Shown here piece after piece: positions 34,932 to 39,764 of a DNA stretch of 39,764 nt. How positions within the stretch are numbered: the first letter of the stretch is position 1; each line of letters opens with the position of its first letter. The stretch comes from an uncultured Rubrivivax sp. Lineage in GTDB: Bacteria > Pseudomonadota > Gammaproteobacteria > Burkholderiales > Burkholderiaceae_C. The position numbers and the translations under genes are program-made. The notes under the pieces are model-generated. The model saw only the letters and a list, made by a program, of their open reading frames with translations, was not told the DNA's origin and did not search any database. The stretch lies in the NCBI GenBank assembly GCA_937967345.1, contig CALBTN010000104.1:1-39764 (forward strand), in the 5' to 3' direction.

Positions 34932-35807
34932 ATGAAACCGGCTCCGTTCGACTACCACGCCCCCGCCACGCTCGACGAGGCGATCGCGCTGCTGGCGCGC
35001 CTCGACGACGAAGGGCGCGATGCCAAGATCCTGGCCGGCGGCCAAAGCCTGATGCCGATGCTGGCGCTGCGCGTGGCACGCCCCGAGGTGCTGGTCGACC
35101 TGCGCAAGCTGGCGGCGCTGGACTTCATCCGCGACGAGGGCTCGCACATCGCGATCGGCGCGATGACGAGCAAGCAGGCCGCCGCCGAGTCGGCGCTGCT
35201 GCGCGCCAAGCAGCCGCTGTTCCATGCCGCGACCGAGCTGATCGGCCACATCCAGATCCGCAACCGCGGCAGCGTCGGCGGCTCGTTCGCGCACGCCGAT
35301 CCGGCCTCGGAGTACCCGGCGGTGGCGCTGGCGCTGGACATCGAGTTCGTGGCGCAAGGCCCCGGCGGCCGGCGCACGATCGCCGCGGCCGACTTCTTCG
35401 TCACCTACATGACCACCAGCCTCGAAGCCGGCGAGATCCTGACCGAGGTGCGCGTGCCGGTGCTGCCCGCCGGGCGGCGCTGGGCGATCCAGGAGTTCGC
35501 GCGGCGCAACGGCGACCTGGCGCTGGCCGGCGTGGCCGTCGCGCTGGATGTGCAGGGTGGCCAGTGCCGCAACCTGCGCATCGCCGCCTTCGGCGTGCAG
35601 GCCACCGCGGTGCGCTTGGGTGCGGCGGAGCAACTGCTCGAAGGCCGCGCGGCCGATGCATCCGGTTTCGAGGCCGCGGGGCGCGCCGGTGCCGCCGCGC
35701 TGGACGAGCCGATGAGCTGCGTGCACGCCTCGGCCGACTACCGGCGCCACCTGGTGGCCACGCTGGCCGCGCGCGCGCTGGCCGAGGCCGTGGCCCGAGC
35801 CGGATGA
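34932..35807 (+). CDS. Xanthine dehydrogenase-family Mo-hydroxylase, FAD (medium) subunit
   Basis: MKPAPFDY, LAGGQSLMP, IGHIQIRNRGSVGGS.AHADP and RRNGDLA. Confidence 0.95.
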   Translation: MKPAPFDYHAPATLDEAIALLARLDDEGRDAKILAGGQSLMPMLALRVARPEVLVDLRKLAALDFIRDEGSHIAIGAMTSKQAAAESALLRAKQPLFHAATELIGHIQIRNRGSVGGSFAHADPASEYPAVALALDIEFVAQGPGGRRTIAAADFFVTYMTTSLEAGEILTEVRVPVLPAGRRWAIQEFARRNGDLALAGVAVALDVQGGQCRNLRIAAFGVQATAVRLGAAEQLLEGRAADASGFEAAGRAGAAALDEPMSCVHASADYRRHLVATLAARALAEAVARAG

Positions 35808-35835
35808 GCCCGGCACTTACCGAGAGTCCAAAGCC

Positions 35836-36330
35836 ATGACCACCCCCCAGCGCATAGAGCTTCAAGTCAACGGCCATCGCGTGGTGCGCGAAGTCGAGCC
35901 GCGCCTGACGCTGGCCGACTTCCTGCGCCACGAGCTGCACCTGGGCGGCACCCACGTCGGCTGCGAGCACGGCATCTGCGGCGTGTGCACGGTGCAGATC
36001 GACGGGCGCAGCGCGCGCTCGTGCCTGACGCTGGCGGTGCAGGCCGACGGCTGCAAGGTCAGCACGGTCGAGGGCCTGCGCGACGCCGAAAGCGGCGCGC
36101 TGCACCCGATCCAGCAGGCCTTCATCGACGCTCGCGGCCTGCAGTGCGGTTTTTGCACGCCGGGCTTCCTGATGAGCACGCAAGAGCTGCTGCGCAAGCA
36201 CCCCGATCCCAGCGACGAGCAGATCAAGGAAGCGCTGGGCGGCGTGCTGTGCCGCTGCACCGGCTACCAGAGCATCGTCGAGTCGGTGAAGCTGGCGGCA
36301 CAGCGTTTGAAGGAGCAGGCAGCGTCATGA
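35836..36330 (+). CDS. Mo-hydroxylase 2x[2Fe-2S] (small) subunit
   Basis: GCEHGICGVCTV, RSCL, LQCGFCTPG and LCRCTGY. Confidence 0.96.
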   Translation: MTTPQRIELQVNGHRVVREVEPRLTLADFLRHELHLGGTHVGCEHGICGVCTVQIDGRSARSCLTLAVQADGCKVSTVEGLRDAESGALHPIQQAFIDARGLQCGFCTPGFLMSTQELLRKHPDPSDEQIKEALGGVLCRCTGYQSIVESVKLAAQRLKEQAAS

Positions 36331-38744
36331 CGATCCAGATCCCCACCGCGCCCGACCAGTTGCCCGGCGGCGAGCCGCGCTACATCGGCAAGTCGGTCAA
36401 CCGCGTCGAAGACCCGGCGCTGGTGTCGGGCAGCGCGCAGTTCATCGACAACCTGTCGCTGCCGGGCATGCTGCATTGCGCGATCCTGCGCAGCCCGCAC
36501 CCGCACGCGCGCATCGTGCGCGTCGACGCCAGCAAGGCGCTGGCGCTGGATGGTGTGGAAGCGGTGGTCAGCGGCGAGGACTTCGCGCGCTGGTGCAACC
36601 CGAACTACACCGCGCCCGAGGGCTGGGGCACCTACAGCATGGCGGTGGACAAGGCGCGCTACGTCGGCGAGCCGGTGGCCGCGGTGGCGGCGAGCAGCCG
36701 CTACGTGGCCGAGGACGCGCTCGAGCTGATCGAGGTCGAATACGAAGTGCTGCCGCCGCTGCCCGACGCCGAGGCCGCGATCGCCCCGGGCGCGCCGCTG
36801 CTGCACCCCGAGCGCGGCAGCAACGTGATGCTCGAGCGCAACTACACCTGGGGCGAGGTCGACCGCGTCTTTGCCGAGGCCGACCGCGTGGTGCAGCGCA
36901 AGTTTCGCTGGAACCGTGTCGGCGCCAACCCGACCGAGACCTTCGGCTGCATCTGCCAGTGGGACCTGGCCGACAACAGCCTGACCTGCCACGGCTCGTT
37001 TCAGGTGCCGCGCTTCATGGCGCTGGCCAAGTCGATGACGCTGAAGCTGCCGAGCAACCGCGTGCGCATCGTGGCACTGCCGATGGGCGGCGGCTTCGGC
37101 GGCAAGGGCGGGCCGCGCGGCACCGACATCGCCGCGCTGCTGTCGCGCAAGGCCTGCGGCCGCCCGGTGAAGTACATCGAAGACCGCATGGAATACCTGC
37201 TGGCCGGCGGCGGGCAGTCGTGGGACCGGCGCTACGAGGCCGCGCTGGCGCTGAAGGCCGACGGCACCGTCACGGGCTTGCGCGTCAAGCTGCTCGACGA
37301 CCAGGGCGCCACCGCCGAGGGCTACGGCTCGATCTCGGTGGCCAAGCCGCTGGCCGCCTTCACCGGCAGCTACCGCATCGAGGCCGCGAGCTACGAGGTC
37401 AAGCTGGTGGCCACCAACCGCGCCCCCACCTATGCCTACCGCGGCTACGGGCCGCCGCCGCACTTCCTGGTGCTGGAATCGCTGATCGACATCGCGGCGC
37501 GCGAACTGCAACTCGATCCGGCCGAGCTGCGCCGGCGCAACTACATCCGCCCCGAGCAGTTCCCCTACACCATCCCCAGCGGCAACGAGTACGACAGCGG
37601 CAACTACGCCGGCGTGCTCGATCGCGTGATCGAGTTGTCCGAGTACCGCGCGCTGCGCGAGCAGCAGGCCGCCGCGCGCAAGCAAGGGCGGCTGGTGGGC
37701 GTGGGCATCGTCAGCACGGTGGAGCCCGGCGTGTTCGACTGGAACGCCTACGCCACGGTGGGCGTGCCCGGGGTGGGCGTGCCCGAGGGCGTGAAGGTCG
37801 CGGTCGACGTGCTGGGCAACATCACGGTGGCGGTGGGCTTCAACCTGCAAGGCCAGGGCCAGTTCACGGTGGCCGCGCAGGTGGTGGCCGACTACTTCGG
37901 TGTCGACATGGGCGTGGTGCGCGTGGCCACCGCGTCGTCCGACGTGGCGGTGGCGCACTTCGGCCAGGGCGGCAGCCGGCTCGGCGTGGCGGTCAGCGGC
38001 GCGATCATCGGCGCCTGCGAGAAGCTGAAGGCGCTGTTTTGCAAGGTGGTGGCGCACGTGATGCAGACCACGCCCGATCGCGTCGAGCTGCGCGCCGGGC
38101 GCGTGCAGTTGATCGGCGCGCCCGAGCACGGCATGACCGTGGCCGAGGTCGCGGGGCTGATGTTGAGCCGCACCGACCTGCTGCCCGATGGCGTCGAACC
38201 CTGCCCCGAGGCGATCTACGTGTGGAGCGCGCCCAACCGCAATGCGCCCGACGACCAGGGCCGCTGCCGCAGCTACCTCACCGCCGCCAACGCCACCCAC
38301 GTGGCGCTGATCGAGATCGACCGCGAAACCGGCCGCGTCGACATCCTGCGCTACTTCGTCGTCGACGACTGCGGCACGCGGCTGAACCCGGCCTCGGTGG
38401 ACGGGCAGCTGCAAGGCGGCATCGCGCAGGGCGTGGGCGCGGCGCTGTACGAGGAATACGTCTACGACGCGCAGGGCCAGCCGCTGGTCAGCACCTTCGT
38501 CGACTACCTGATGCCCACCATCCACGAGGTGCCGATGACGGTGAAGGACCACCTGGTCACGCCGTCGCCGGTGGCCCCGTTGGGCGCCAAGGGCTGCGGC
38601 GAAGGCGCGATCCACACCACGCCGGCCACACTGCTGTGCGCGATCAACGACGCGCTGGCGCCGCTGGGCAAGGAGATGCTGGAAACCCCGGCCTCGCCGC
38701 ACCGGCTGTGGAAGCTGCTGCACGAACCAGGAGCCGCGTCGTGA
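36327..38744 (+). CDS. Mo-hydroxylase molybdopterin-binding (large) subunit
   Basis: ATG 36327 (ATGA overlap). IGKSVNRVED, LRSPHPHARI, MGGGFGGK, AYRGYG, DCGT.LNP, QGVGAALYE and KGCGEG (catalytic Glu position). Confidence 0.96.
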   Translation: MTIQIPTAPDQLPGGEPRYIGKSVNRVEDPALVSGSAQFIDNLSLPGMLHCAILRSPHPHARIVRVDASKALALDGVEAVVSGEDFARWCNPNYTAPEGWGTYSMAVDKARYVGEPVAAVAASSRYVAEDALELIEVEYEVLPPLPDAEAAIAPGAPLLHPERGSNVMLERNYTWGEVDRVFAEADRVVQRKFRWNRVGANPTETFGCICQWDLADNSLTCHGSFQVPRFMALAKSMTLKLPSNRVRIVALPMGGGFGGKGGPRGTDIAALLSRKACGRPVKYIEDRMEYLLAGGGQSWDRRYEAALALKADGTVTGLRVKLLDDQGATAEGYGSISVAKPLAAFTGSYRIEAASYEVKLVATNRAPTYAYRGYGPPPHFLVLESLIDIAARELQLDPAELRRRNYIRPEQFPYTIPSGNEYDSGNYAGVLDRVIELSEYRALREQQAAARKQGRLVGVGIVSTVEPGVFDWNAYATVGVPGVGVPEGVKVAVDVLGNITVAVGFNLQGQGQFTVAAQVVADYFGVDMGVVRVATASSDVAVAHFGQGGSRLGVAVSGAIIGACEKLKALFCKVVAHVMQTTPDRVELRAGRVQLIGAPEHGMTVAEVAGLMLSRTDLLPDGVEPCPEAIYVWSAPNRNAPDDQGRCRSYLTAANATHVALIEIDRETGRVDILRYFVVDDCGTRLNPASVDGQLQGGIAQGVGAALYEEYVYDAQGQPLVSTFVDYLMPTIHEVPMTVKDHLVTPSPVAPLGAKGCGEGAIHTTPATLLCAINDALAPLGKEMLETPASPHRLWKLLHEPGAAS

Positions 38745-39764
38745 GCGCCGCACCCGCTGATCGCCCCGACCTGAGCAAGGGCCCGCTGGCCGGCCTGCGC
38801 GTGCTCGACTGCTCGACCATGCTCGCCGGCCCCTACGCCGCCACGTTGCTGGGCGACCTGGGCGCCGACGTCATCAAGCTCGAATCACATTACGGCGACG
38901 AAAGCCGCCACCTCGGGCCGCTGCGCGGCGGCGAGCGCGGCCCCTACCTGAGCCTGAACCGCAGCAAGCGCGCGCTGGTGCTCGACCTGCAGCAGGCCGA
39001 CGCGCAGGCCGTGTTCGCGCGGCTGGCCGCCACCACCGACATCCTCGTCACCAACATCCGCGAGCCGGCGCTGAGCAAGCTCGGCCTGGACTACGAGCAG
39101 GTGCGGCTGCACCGGCCCGACATCGTGTGGATCCACGTCACCGCTTTCGGTGCCGACGGCCCTTATGCGGGGCGCCCGGGCATCGACTTCCTGGCGCAGG
39201 GCTACACCGGGGTGCTCACGCTCAACGGCCACCCGAACGACGCGCCGGTGCGCACCGGCTTTCCGGCGGTGGACGTGATGACCTCGCTGCTGGTGGCCAA
39301 TGCCGCGCAAGCCGCGCTGCGCGTGCGCGACCTGACCGGCGCCGGCCAGCGCATCGAGGTCTCGCTGCTCGATGCGCTGATGCACGCGCAGGCCAGTTCG
39401 ATCGGCACCTATCTGGCCACCGGCGACCGCCCGGCCAAGACCGGCAACCGCAGCCTGTACTTCGCGCCGTCGGGCGTGTACCCGACGCGCGACGGCAAGC
39501 ACGTGGTCATCACCACGCCGGGCGAGAAGTTCTTCGCCAAGGTGTGCCGCGCGCTCGACGCCGACTGGGACACCGACCCGCGCTTCCATGACATCCACGC
39601 CCGGCTGGAAAACCAGGACGAACTCGACCGCGTGATGGCCGAGCGCACGCGCCAGTACGACCGCGACGTGCTGGTCGAGCGGCTGGTGGCGGCCGACGTG
39701 CTGACCGCGCCGATCAACGAGGTCGAGGACGTGATCAAGGACCCGCAGATCCTGCACAACCGCA
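38741..39764 (+). CDS. Family III CoA-transferase (CaiB/BaiF), partial (runs off the window)
   Basis: Not in the ORF track. GTG at 38741 (GTGA overlap) gives MSAAPADRPDLSKGPLAGLRVLDCSTMLAGPYAATLLGDLGADVIKLES...LNRSKR...AFGADGPY; no stop seen before the end of the window. Confidence 0.92.
   Translation, partial: MSAAPADRPDLSKGPLAGLRVLDCSTMLAGPYAATLLGDLGADVIKLESHYGDESRHLGPLRGGERGPYLSLNRSKRALVLDLQQADAQAVFARLAATTDILVTNIREPALSKLGLDYEQVRLHRPDIVWIHVTAFGADGPYAGRPGIDFLAQGYTGVLTLNGHPNDAPVRTGFPAVDVMTSLLVANAAQAALRVRDLTGAGQRIEVSLLDALMHAQASSIGTYLATGDRPAKTGNRSLYFAPSGVYPTRDGKHVVITTPGEKFFAKVCRALDADWDTDPRFHDIHARLENQDELDRVMAERTRQYDRDVLVERLVAADVLTAPINEVEDVIKDPQILHNR

Noticed and set aside
34932-38744. Annotation as aerobic CO dehydrogenase coxMSL
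   Set aside because: The AYxCSFR Cu-binding loop is missing and there are no cox accessory genes.

Overview
Very GC-rich, gene-dense bacterial DNA. The host is probably a diderm proteobacterium, inferred only from a lipobox/FecR protein and a perfect FNR-type box; no marker gene is present. Most of the window is one large CoA-thioester catabolic cluster. It contains six family III (CaiB/BaiF) CoA-transferases, an acyl-CoA ligase, a heteromeric-type acyl-CoA dehydrogenase pair, a MaoC hydratase pair, a DUF35 + SCP2-type thiolase pair, a PaaG-like crotonase, a BaiE/LinA-like NTF2 protein, a Mo-hydroxylase (M-S-L), an LLM-class oxidoreductase, a split etfB/etfA pair, a FadF/EtfD-type membrane Fe-S oxidoreductase and an MFS transporter. 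A coenzyme F420 biosynthesis block (npdG/fno-cofE-cofD-cofC-fbiC) is embedded in it. A ~4.7 kb accessory islet lies between two convergent operons. It holds the most unusual system here: a TIR-TM-CHASE2-3TM membrane receptor with no C-terminal output domain, coupled (ATGA overlap) to a FecR-domain lipoprotein, followed by an FNR-box-preceded, frameshifted SAM methyltransferase. A ~94 bp hairpin element built of CGCAGAG units separates the DUF35 and thiolase genes. No RNA genes, CRISPR arrays, integrases, transposases or transcription regulators were recognised. All family calls come from motif recognition by eye, not database searches.
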